Positions 38,955 through 49,025 of a stretch of 64,000 nt of DNA are shown here, piece by piece. Positions within the stretch are counted from its first letter, which is position 1. Each line of letters begins with the position of its first letter. The notes under the pieces are model-generated. The model worked only from the letters and a program-made list of their open reading frames with translations. It was not told the DNA's origin and searched no databases. The stretch is from Eledone cirrhosa (taxonomy: Eukaryota), in assembly GCA_964016885.1 (NCBI GenBank), contig OZ024746.1:8184001-8248000 (forward strand). Reading direction: 5' to 3'. Made by a program: the position numbers and the translations under genes.

Positions 38955-41155
38955 CGCGGATCTAATTTTGATAGATGTTGACACTTATCAGCCAAGTGCA
39001 CGTCTGACAGTTCTAAGGAGTTACTTCCCTTTACATCTATGTAACCGTATATTTTTTCCTTTCCTTTTTTTTTTTTAATTTGTCATAAAATGTAAACAGT
39101 CTCGGTCATCCGGTTTAGCAACATCACTCGATGGTGGTGGATCTATTCTCGCTATCAACATAGTCACTTTTTCATTGGTGTTCACTGATAACACGAACGT
39201 CTCATTCTGCTTTCGAGTTCACCTTTCCCTCTAAGCTGTTAAACCTCAGATAATTATTAGAAAACATTCACGTAAATTAGGCAGTATTTAACTTTGCCTT
39301 TCATCCTTACGGGGTCGATAAAATAAAGTACCAGTAATGCACTGAGTATTTGCTGGCCTTGTGCCTAAAAGTAGAAACAATTATTATTTTTTAAATATTT
39401 AGGAATTACCCGTCGATTCCAAAGTTATTGTGCGTCACCAGTTTCTTATTTTAATTCTCGTTGTCCGTGTAACATTTTGACAACAAATTCTTCAAAAAAC
39501 TAGAAAACCTGATTAATATTAGACTTACTCTCAAGTCTCGAGTAATCCCTCCCACCTCCGCTTATTAATTTTTCAGATTTTTTCCAACTCCTCCTCTCTT
39601 ATTTTACCCCACCCCACTTATAAAATCTTGCTAATCTATCTCCAGCGAAGGGGGACGGTGATTGGGCAAGGGGAAGACATCTTTGGACATTAAAAAAATA
39701 TTATACATGACAAAAGAAATGTACGTTATAAAATAAATAGGATGGGTTGGAGTCAGTATGTAAACTAAACTAAAAAAAAATCAAGGGAGATAACCTAGAA
39801 AAAATATCGATTTTCCATCCCTCCTCCGCTTATTTCACATCCCCCGTTATTTGGGATCCAAGAGTATCCAGAGCACATTGCATTGCCCAAACAATTCGAG
39901 AATTTTTTCGCCTTTATTTTACCTTGTTTCCTTTATTCTATTTGTTTTCTCCTCCTTGGTGGGCAATATTCCTCTCCTTTCCAACACAAACTAACTCTGA
40001 CAGGGAGTGAACAGAACTCTACTTTAGTGAACGAAACTGAGTTTGTTAGTTCCAGAACAGGATAAATTTACTCAAAGTGTGTGAAACAATATACTTTCGA
40101 CTCTTTTTAATCAAGCTGAACGATATTGAAAGTGTTGCCTATATTCTGCGAGTACCAATTTTTCTAGATTTGGGGTTGATTCTTTACCTGTAGCAATCAT
40201 CAATGGTTTACTCAGATTAGCTAAGCTCAGTATTTCCATTACTCTCAGAACTAAGGACGATGTCTGTGGAGGAGTGAAATATTGATGTGGTAAAACCCCT
40301 GACTCCACGGTTCTTCACAGATAGTTATATCGACTAAATGCAAGTGACATCGTCCATTACATTGAGTTGAAGCTAATCATAAAATGAACCTAGACAAAGC
40401 GAATACGATCAGTCAACACCACAACCAATACCCCCTCAATTCTTGAGTGAGACAGACTGTCCAGTGTTGATAGGAAGAAATCCGATGGTCTTAACCTTTA
40501 CCTTTGGGTTAGTGGTAGATGCCACTGTCTGAATTTTCAGTTCCTTTTCACATCCATGATGCTACGGCAAAGGAGATAGTTGCATCCATAACTGAATGGA
40601 ATAAACCATTCAAATAACATGACTTATAAATAACCTACATGTTTCAGCTTGTGATATTCTGGGCAGTTGATCGTCAGACTATGCAGATTCTATCAACATT
40701 GGCAGTGCACATTACTGAAGTGTCAAGTAATACTTGTGAGTGTAATTGATCATTCCAACGGCTTAGTCTTGCCCACTGTAATGCCATGTCTTCATTTAAC
40801 TTCAACATTTCAGAGAGCATTAACAGCATTTCCTGTTTGTTTCTTTCGGATTCCTTTTTATTGATTTGTTTCTTCTGTAAATCGTAATCATTATATACGT
40901 AAAAAGGCGGTGGATTGGCAGTATCGGTAGAGAGTCGGGCACCATGCTTTGAAGCATAGTTACGTCCCTTTGTGATCTGAGTTCAAATCCCGCCGAGGTT
41001 AACTTTGCCTTTCATCCTTACGGGCTCGATAAAATAAAGTACCAGTAATGTACTGAGTAATTGCTGGCCTTGTGCCTAAAATAGAAACAATTATATCCGT
41101 AAATAAGACTGTTATTGCTCCAGCCAGATCAAAACAACCAGCAAACACTCTAAAC

Positions 41156-41857
41156 CACAGGTTCTCAACCCATTTAGGCCGGCCAAACGCCCCCTTTTGT
41201 CCCTCGAAATCACGAAACGCCCCCCCCCCATCGCCACCCTATTTTTTTCATTTTTTTCAATATACTACTGATTTTTATATCAGTAGATTACTAAAAAATT
41301 GATTAACAATATTCCAAACATGTGTGTATTATCTGATTATGTGTTGTATGTGGTCCTAGATGTGTGTTCTACTCGCTTCTGTTTTTTTCTTTTCTTTTTA
41401 TTATTTGTAATATTATTTATACAATAGGGAATAAAATAGATCTACATAGTGTTAACTCGTTACGGTTGAGTCAATAATTTCAGACATGAAATACATTGTT
41501 ATCGGTGAAGGAAAGATAAGATTCTAACTGGCTGCGCTCAAAGTGTCTTTGATCCAGTGGACTGTGGGGTTTTCCATTTTTAGGATCTCAATTACCGGAC
41601 ATGCCTGCACACCTGCAGTCAAACTATAGTTATGCTGTCTGCAAGCTCATTCAAACCGCAGCTGGGAGCAGGTGTGCAGGCATGTCCGGTAATTGAGACG
41701 TTAACCGGTAATTGAGATCCTAAAAATGGAAAAACCCAGCCCCCCAGCTCCAAACGCCCCCCTAATGCGACCTTGCTCCTAAACGCCCCCCCCCCCCCCC
41801 CCCTGGAGTTCCGAAACGCCCCCCGGGGGTGCATATTCCCCCCGTTGAGAACCTTTG
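41156..41857. mobile_element. hAT-type non-autonomous element
   Basis: Perfect 8-bp TSD CTCTAAAC; TIRs CACAGGTTCTCAAC / GTTGAGAACCTTTG; repeated AAACGCCCCC subterminal motifs. Confidence 0.85.
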
Positions 41858-42557
41858 CTCTAAACCAAACACCAACCTCTACTCATAACTCCTGCCAAAC
41901 CTTCCAAATTCAGCAACTCAAACGCCGACCACGCACCTTCCCAAACTCGGGATACTAGTTTTAGTCTTTTGACTGTATGATGTGACTCATTCATGTAAAA
42001 AAAGCTGGTATCAAACAACTGTCCTTTGTATTTTAATGTTTCTCGTATTTTACTCTTCTGGGTGTCTCTTTAATTTAATAACGGAATACAGATAGGTTGT
42101 ATACACAGATATATGATGAGTGCTGGGCTACAGGACATATCGTATTAAATGCTCTCGGCGAAGCATATTAATTAACATTGCAACTTGGTCAGATACAAGG
42201 AAGAAGAAAGAAATAATTGTTTCTACTTTAGGCACAAGGCCAGCAATTACCCAGTGCATTACTGGTACTTTATTTTATCGACCCCGTAAGGATGAAAGGC
42301 AAAGTCAACCTCGGCGGGATTTGAACTCAGATCGTAAAGGGACGTAACTATGCTGGAAAGCATGGCGTCCGACCCTCTACCGATACTGCCAATCCACCGA
42401 AGAAGAAAGAAATAATGAATTGATTATGTATGTCAACAAGTTTTTTCTCCATCATGTTCAGACAAAGAGACTCCAACCATCTACCCTAAACCGTCGTACC
42501 TTTATATGTACTACGACAGGTAACGGATTTTTCAAGCCAAGAATTAGATTAACAAAC

Positions 42558-42599
42558 ATAGTCTGAAGAAAGATTATAAAATCTGAAAGCGCCCACTAT
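42558..42599 (+). ncRNA. Decayed minimal hammerhead motif
   Basis: AUAGU-CUGAAGA-A-AGAUU auaa AAUCU-GAAA-GCGC-CC-ACUAU; the conserved U16.1 is replaced by C. Confidence 0.55.
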
Positions 42600-43050
42600 C
42601 GAGTAAACAATACTAACCCAGCAACAAGGCTAGTAGACTGTAGTCACGTGACCTCCCGTGGTAACTTTACTAACAATAATACTAACACCGATTCTAACTT
42701 TAGCCCTAACCCTAATTTTAGATTTCACACACCCAACTTTCTACATCTTTCTACGCCCCAACTTTCTACATCTTTCTACGCCTCTACCTTCACCTAAACA
42801 AACAATAACACATAAAACATATACCGTTTTTAAACAAGTTTTATCTCATTTATTGTATTTTATTATATTCTAGCTTCTCCCTCTCCACTCGTCCTGAACC
42901 CTAGGTGTTAAAAACTACACAACCCACTATACATACAAATATGTTGCTTCAGATACACGAACGCATTATATATATAATATATATATATAAATGAAAGGTA
43001 TAGAAAACATTGTAGCGAAAAGCCAACAGTATTCTATAATATATATATAT

Positions 43051-43193
43051 GGCGTTCCTTACTTTTAGCGGTCGCAATAATGAAAGTAAATTTATTTTCA
43101 TTTTCGAACGTTGTTTACATTTTGTGTGTGTTTAGATCTAAATTAGTTACTGAGATTAAAGACAAAATCGGAGCCTCTGTCGTTTTAACTGAT

Positions 43194-43235
<42 letters not shown>

Positions 43236-43520
43236 AGTTGACGGTTGAGAGAAGAGTACTCAATACCGAAGTAATCTTGTAATGAGGCTTGCAGAATGGT
43301 GTGTCCGCCATTCTGGACGCTGCTGCCTTGTAGAAGTCCCAAATCGAAGCCGTGACACTCTCGTCCCCATCATTCAGCAGGGATTTTGCCAGGCAGCCGC
43401 ATTATCTCCGATGGTTGGGCTTCCTATTCGGAAATTGAAGGTGGGATTTACGTTCATGATGTGGTGCACGAACGGAACTTTGTAGATCCTGCGGACCCTG
43501 ATGTGCACACACATTATGCA
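43051..43520 (+). mobile_element. Merlin (IS1595/ISXO2-like) DDE transposase remnant
   Basis: 43300-43515: CCLVEVPNRSRDTLVPIIQQ / ILPGSRIISDGWASY...VHDVVHERNFVDPADPDVHT (one frameshift); probable left terminus GGCGTTCCTTACTTTTAGC at 43051. Confidence 0.8.
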
Positions 43521-44117
43521 CCGCTTTGGCTGTATTAAATTACAGACCAGCACATAATCAGAGTTTTAGTAGTATATAGATAGATAGATTCAAAATAAAC
43601 AAACACCACCAACAAAACTTCACTACCTTCCACCACATATTTTAAACTGCTGTCAAATAATTCAACAAAAGCACTCCACCAAAATAAAGATCTCCCCCAT
43701 ACCCCAGGGGTTCAAAAGGTGGGGGAGGGGATGGAGAACTTTGTTTTTCTTTACAGGAGATGAAAACATTTGTTGTTTCAAAGTAAAACACATTGTAGTG
43801 GGATATAGAGAGAGGGGGGGGGGGGAGAATCTTTTGTGTTTAATGAAAGAGGTGGAATTGTGAAAGTGAGAAAGTGAGGTATGAAGTGGGATATAGAGAG
43901 GGGGGGGGAGAGTTTGGTGGTTTAGTGAGAGAGGGAGGCAAGTAGTGGTATATAGGAAAGGTGAGAGAGGTATAATGTTTTAGTGAGAGAGGGGTAATAT
44001 TTTGAGATAGTGACAAAATGATTGTAGGGGGAAGTAAAAGGTTTTAATATCGGGTTTCACAGTAAAGCGGCTGTGTATATGAGTGTGTGTGTGTGTTTAT
44101 ATATATGTGTGCGTGTG

Positions 44118-44156
<39 letters not shown>

Positions 44157-44273
44157 AGATCAAAAGATGGTTAAAAGAGTTCCATGTATTTTATAGTTTT
44201 AAATCAACATATCATATGTTGATTTAAAACTGCACTATCCACAAGTGTTTTTAACCTTCATATCATGTCTTCA

Positions 44274-44344
44274 TATTTTATCTGATGAAAACACAAATGT
44301 TATTGCATGATGATATTTGTTTTTGAAATGCGCATAATAAAATA
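44274..44344 (+). ncRNA. Intact type I hammerhead ribozyme in a small fold-back element (44149-44470)
   Basis: UAUUUUAU-CUGAUGA-(about 16-bp stem II, GCAU loop)-GAAA-UGCGCA-UA-AUAAAAUA; 8-bp stem I, palindromic stem III. Confidence 0.82.
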
Positions 44345-44470
44345 CATGGAACTCTTTTAACCATCTTTTGATCTTATATATTATGTATACTCCAGTCCTA
44401 CAAACTGTAGAGTGCTTCTTATCCGATATCTGCATTGCTTTATTGTACTACAATAAAACTCACCTCCTAC

Positions 44471-44495
<25 letters not shown>

Positions 44496-44501
<6 letters not shown>

Positions 44502-44867
44502 ATTAAATAAATGGAAAACTATATTTATAAAACCATATCTATTTCACTATATATATTTCGGGGATATCATATTAACAATATGCTATGCCTTCATCAGACA
44601 AAATACAATATAAACAGTTTTATAGATAAATATATTCGACATACCGTAATAAACATCAACTTCATTTGAAGAGGTTTACTCTAGCAAACCTCTTCAAATG
44701 AAGTTGATGTTTATTACGGTATGTCGAATATATTTATCTATAAAACTGTTTATATTGTATTTTGTCTGATGAAGGCATAGCATATTGTTAATATGATATC
44801 CCCGAAATATATATAATGAAATAGATATGGTTTTATAAATATAGTTTTCCATTTATTTAATATTGTA
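44496..44867. repeat. Near-perfect palindrome, 182-bp arms with 8-nt spacer
   Basis: 44496-44677 is the reverse complement of 44686-44867 (one mismatch seen). Confidence 0.95.
44758..44823 (+). ncRNA. Type I hammerhead motif in the palindrome arm (mirror copy on - at 44540-44605)
   Basis: UAUUUUGU-CUGAUGA-AGGCAUAGCAUAUU guu AAUAUGAUAUCCCC-GAAA-UAUAUA-UA-AUGAAAUA; mismatches at the base of stem II. Confidence 0.7.
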
Positions 44868-44970
44868 AATATACTCCAAATATTTGTCGAGTGCTTTTAT
44901 ATCAGTTATAAATATTTACTAGTTGTAACCCAACAATTTTAAATATAACTTTACATATATATATATATAG

Positions 44971-45015
<45 letters not shown>

Positions 45016-45545
45016 TGTGCGTGTGTTTAAATATATATATATTTATGTGCGTGTATATACGTGCGTGTTTGTGTGTATATATATATATATATATATATAC
45101 ATGTGTGTGTGTTTGTATATATATGTGTGTGTGTTTGTGTTTGTATATATATATATATGTGTGTGTGTGTGCGTGTTTGTGTATATATATATATATATAG
45201 ATATGTGTGTGTGTGTTTATATATGTATTTATGTGTGAAAGTACGTGGTTAGTGTATTCGACTCACAATCGTAAGATCGTGAGTTCGATTCCCAGCGGCA
45301 CGTTGTGTCCTTGAGCAAGACACTTTATTTCACGTTACTCCAATCTACCCAACTGGCAAAACTGAGTTGTACCTGTAATTCGAAGGACAAGCCTTGTCAC
45401 ACACTGTATCACACTGAATCTCCCCGAGAACTACGTAAAGAGTACGCGTGTCTGTGGAAGGCTCAGCCACTTCCACGTTAATTCTATTCCATTGATATCA
45501 GCTGGAACACTCGTCGTCGTAACCGAGGGAGTGACTCTATTTACA

Positions 45546-45594
<49 letters not shown>

Positions 45595-45641
45595 ATGTAT
45601 GTATGTATGTGTTTGTATGTGTGTATACATTTATATATGTT

Positions 45642-45672
<31 letters not shown>

Positions 45673-45990
45673 GAGTGTCTATGACCTATATACACTGGTC
45701 ACACACACACATATATACATATGTATATGTATATACGCACACACACATTCTTAGAAACCCTTCCTATTTAGCAGGAAATATTTGCTACACACATCCTGTC
45801 CTAACACAAGTTATAAGAAACATATGACTTAACATTCAGTCACCAAATTTTAGCTAGATTCAGTAATACTATATTCGATTGTTTGAAGTCACCTGTTATA
45901 ATTTCATTCTACAACACCATCAGCTCTCTCTCTCTCTCTTCCATTTCCTTCTCTGTCTCCTTCTCTCTCTCTCTCTCTCTCTCTCTCAAC

Positions 45991-46033
<43 letters not shown>

Positions 46034-46040
<7 letters not shown>

Positions 46041-48244
46041 GTTAGAATATGTGTAATAAGGCCAAGACAATGCAGGTATGGACATAGAAAAAAGTATGCA
46101 ATAGTGAAAGATATTGATGTGAATTCGTCTTTCACCTTGAATTTATTTAAATGTCCTTAATTTTCGAGATAATATCTCTTCTTCGGAGGGAAGTAAAGGT
46201 CTCAAACTAGCGTCTTTAAATCTCTAATGAAGCCATGCTGACCGGAAATAGTATAGAGTATCTGTTCTAACTCTAATATCAAAGAATTAAAATTAGGTGG
46301 ATAAAGAGTAGTCTCCCTTTAAGAGGGGTTTGTTTATGTTTTGTTTTTGTTTTTGTTTTGTTTTTTTAAATTTTATATGCGTGCCTGTATATGTGTGTGG
46401 GAGAATGCATGAAGGTGTAGGTATGTGGGTGTGTGTGTGTGTGTGAGTGTGGGAAGATAGGTCTAATCGTAAAAGTGGGGGGTAAGTGTTATCTGGTGTT
46501 AGAACTGGTTTTGTGTGTGTATGTGTGAGAGAGAATAAGTGGAGGCGTGCGTGTGTGTGGGGTGTGTAAAAATGGGGCTAGAGGCCCTATCAGGTTATAA
46601 ATTGGGTGTTGAGCTCTAGTCTATTATTGATTGGTGGATGTGTTCTATCTATAATAAGTGCTTCCTTAATTCTAAGATTGCCGAGGTTTCTTTCCTTAGT
46701 TTCTATCCTAACTGTTATGTTTTTATCGGTGTTTTTGCATTTAACTAGGTGTTTCTTAAATGAGGAAGCGTTAGTATTGAGGTGTTCTTTTATTCTTATG
46801 TGGAGTGGTCTGGTGGTGCTACCTACGTAGAAGTTGTTGCATTTGTCACACTCTAGTCTGTATACTACGTAAGCCTGGTGGCATAGGTCTGTGTCGTTGA
46901 TGGGGCAGTTGGCTAGTCTGCAGCAGTTGTCAAGTCTGGTGGAGTGTCTCTTAGCCAGCCGTCCGCGCAAAGAAGGACCCGAGTGGGCCAGTTGAATATC
47001 CAGACCCTCTCGTCTGATGGCTCTGCGGATGGCTGTTGTTGTTTCTTCACTGAAGTGTGGGAGCTTCAGGAAGCAAGTGTTAGTGCCTCGGGTGTGGTGT
47101 CCTCTGTTCTTTCTGGCACGGTTTGTGGTGGATGTCGTGTATCCGTTCAGTTTGAGTACTTCCAGGAAATGTGTGGTGTGTGTGTCTCGGTCTCTGGCGT
47201 CGGTGCATTTGTTCTTGATACGTGCCAATTCGTTCTTTATGTATCCGAACTTGGCACCGAGTGGGAGGGCCGATCTGAAATGTACGAACAGGTCCCTGCT
47301 GGCGGATTTTTTATAGAAGCAGGTGTGGATGTTGCCTTCCTCTGTTACCCAGACCTATGCCACCAGGCTTACGTAGTATACAGACTAGAGTGTGACAAAT
47401 GCAACAACTTCTACGTAGGTAGCACCACCAGACCACTCCACATAAGAATAAAAGAACACCTCAATACTAACGCTTCCTCATTTAAGAAACACCTAGTTAA
47501 ATGCAAAAACACCGATAAAAACATAACAGTTAGGATAGAAACTAAGGAAAGAAACCTCGGCAATCTTAGAATTAAGGAAGCACTTATTATAGATAGAACA
47601 CATCCACCAATTAATAATAGACTAGAGCTCAACACCCAATTTATAACCTGATAGGGCCTCTAGCCCCATTTTTACACACCCCACACACACGCACGCGCAC
47701 ACCTCCACTTATTCTCTCTCACACATACACACACAAAACCAGTTCTAACACCAGATAACACTTACCCCCCACTTTTACGATTAGACCTATCTTCCCACAC
47801 TCACACACCCACATACCTACACCTTCATGCATTCCCCCACACACATATACAGGCACGCATATAAAATTAAAAAAAACAAAACAAAAACAAAAACAAAACA
47901 TAAACAAACCCCTCTTAAAGGGAGACTACTCTTTATCCACCTAATTTTAATTCTTTGATATTAAAGTTAGAACAGATACTCTATACTATTTCCGGTCAGC
48001 ATGGCTTCATTAGAGATTTAAAGACGCTAGTTTGAGACCTTTACTTCCCTCCGAAGAAGAGATATTATCTCGAAAATTAAGGACATTTAAATAAATTCAA
48101 GGTGAAAGACGAATTCACATCAATATCTTTCACTATTGCATTCTTTTTTTCTATGTCCATACCTGCATTGTCTTGGCCTTATTACACATATTCTAACGTT
48201 TATACCTCATTACACAATGCTTCAAGTGAACTATAACCTCCTCC
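46034..48244. mobile_element. Young Penelope-like retroelement, 5'-truncated and inverted; two GIY-YIG endonuclease ORF copies (46590-47228 -, 47350-47651 +)
   Basis: About 855-bp nearly identical inverted arms (46034-46891 / 47350-48204); open frame with RT C-terminus (FLYKKSASRDLFVHFRSALP), Cys-rich linker (CCRLANCPI..C) and VVYRLECDKCNNFYVGSTTRPLHIRIKEH...IKEALII...PPIN; flanked by (TA)n. Confidence 0.92.
48048..48082 (+). ncRNA. Minimal hammerhead-like motif in the PLE 3' region (mirror copy at about 46156-46190, -)
   Basis: CCU-CCGAAGA-A-GAGAU auu AUCUC-GAAA-AU-UA-AGG; core position 4 is C instead of U. Confidence 0.55.
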
Positions 48245-48446
48245 TATATATATATATATATATATATAATATGAAGGTACCAGGAAAAAGCCCATATCTC
48301 GAGACCCCCGTACTCCGATTTATGTGAAACTTATTTTATTCTATTTGTATTGAAAAGTTTAAAGACGAGCACTTTCTCTTTGGAGAAACCCTGATTAACT
48401 TTTTCAGATTTCACTTGAGGAGGAAAATAAGGGTAGAGAGAAAAGT

Positions 48447-49025
48447 GGATTGGCAGTATCGGTAGAGGGCCGGACGCCATGCTTTGCAGCATAGTGTTAC
48501 GGTCCTTTATAATCTGAGTTCAAATCCCGCCGAGGTTAACTTTGCCTTTCATCATTATGGGGTCGATAAAATAAAGTACCAGTCACGCACTGGGGTCGAT
48601 TTAATCGACTTTCCCCTCCCGCAAAATTGCTGGCCTTGTGCCTATATAAGAAACAATTATTAGAGCGTCGGACATCATGCTTTGACGCATAGAGTTACGG
48701 CCCTTGCCATTCTGATTTCAAATCCCGCTGAGGTTAACTTTGCCTTTCATCCTTACGAGGTCGATAAAATAAAGTACCAGTAATGTACTGGGTATTTACT
48801 GGTCTTGTGCCAAAAGTAGAAACAATTATTATTATTGGCTGTATCGGTAGAGGGTTGGACGCCATGCTTTGTAGCATAGAGTTACGTCCCTTTATGATCT
48901 GAGTTCAAATCCCGCCGAGGTTAACTTTGCCTTTCATCCTTGCGGGGTCGATAAAATAAAGTATTAGTAATAGTATTGAGATAATTGCTGGCCTTGTGCC
49001 AAAAGTAGAAACAATTATTATTATT
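48447..49025 (+). mobile_element. Three head-to-tail copies of SINE family A
   Basis: Units at about 48447-48660, 48661-48833 and 48834-49025, each ending GAAACAATTATT. Confidence 0.85.

Noticed and set aside
40630-40685. Minus-strand CUGACGA...GAAACAUGUA as a hammerhead (also 23420-23462 and 19890-19925)
   Set aside because: Core words are present but stems I/II do not pair convincingly, or the GAAA is mutated.
44973-46040. Cys/Val/Tyr/Ile-rich ORFs
   Set aside because: Translations of (TG)n, (TA)n and (TC)n microsatellites.
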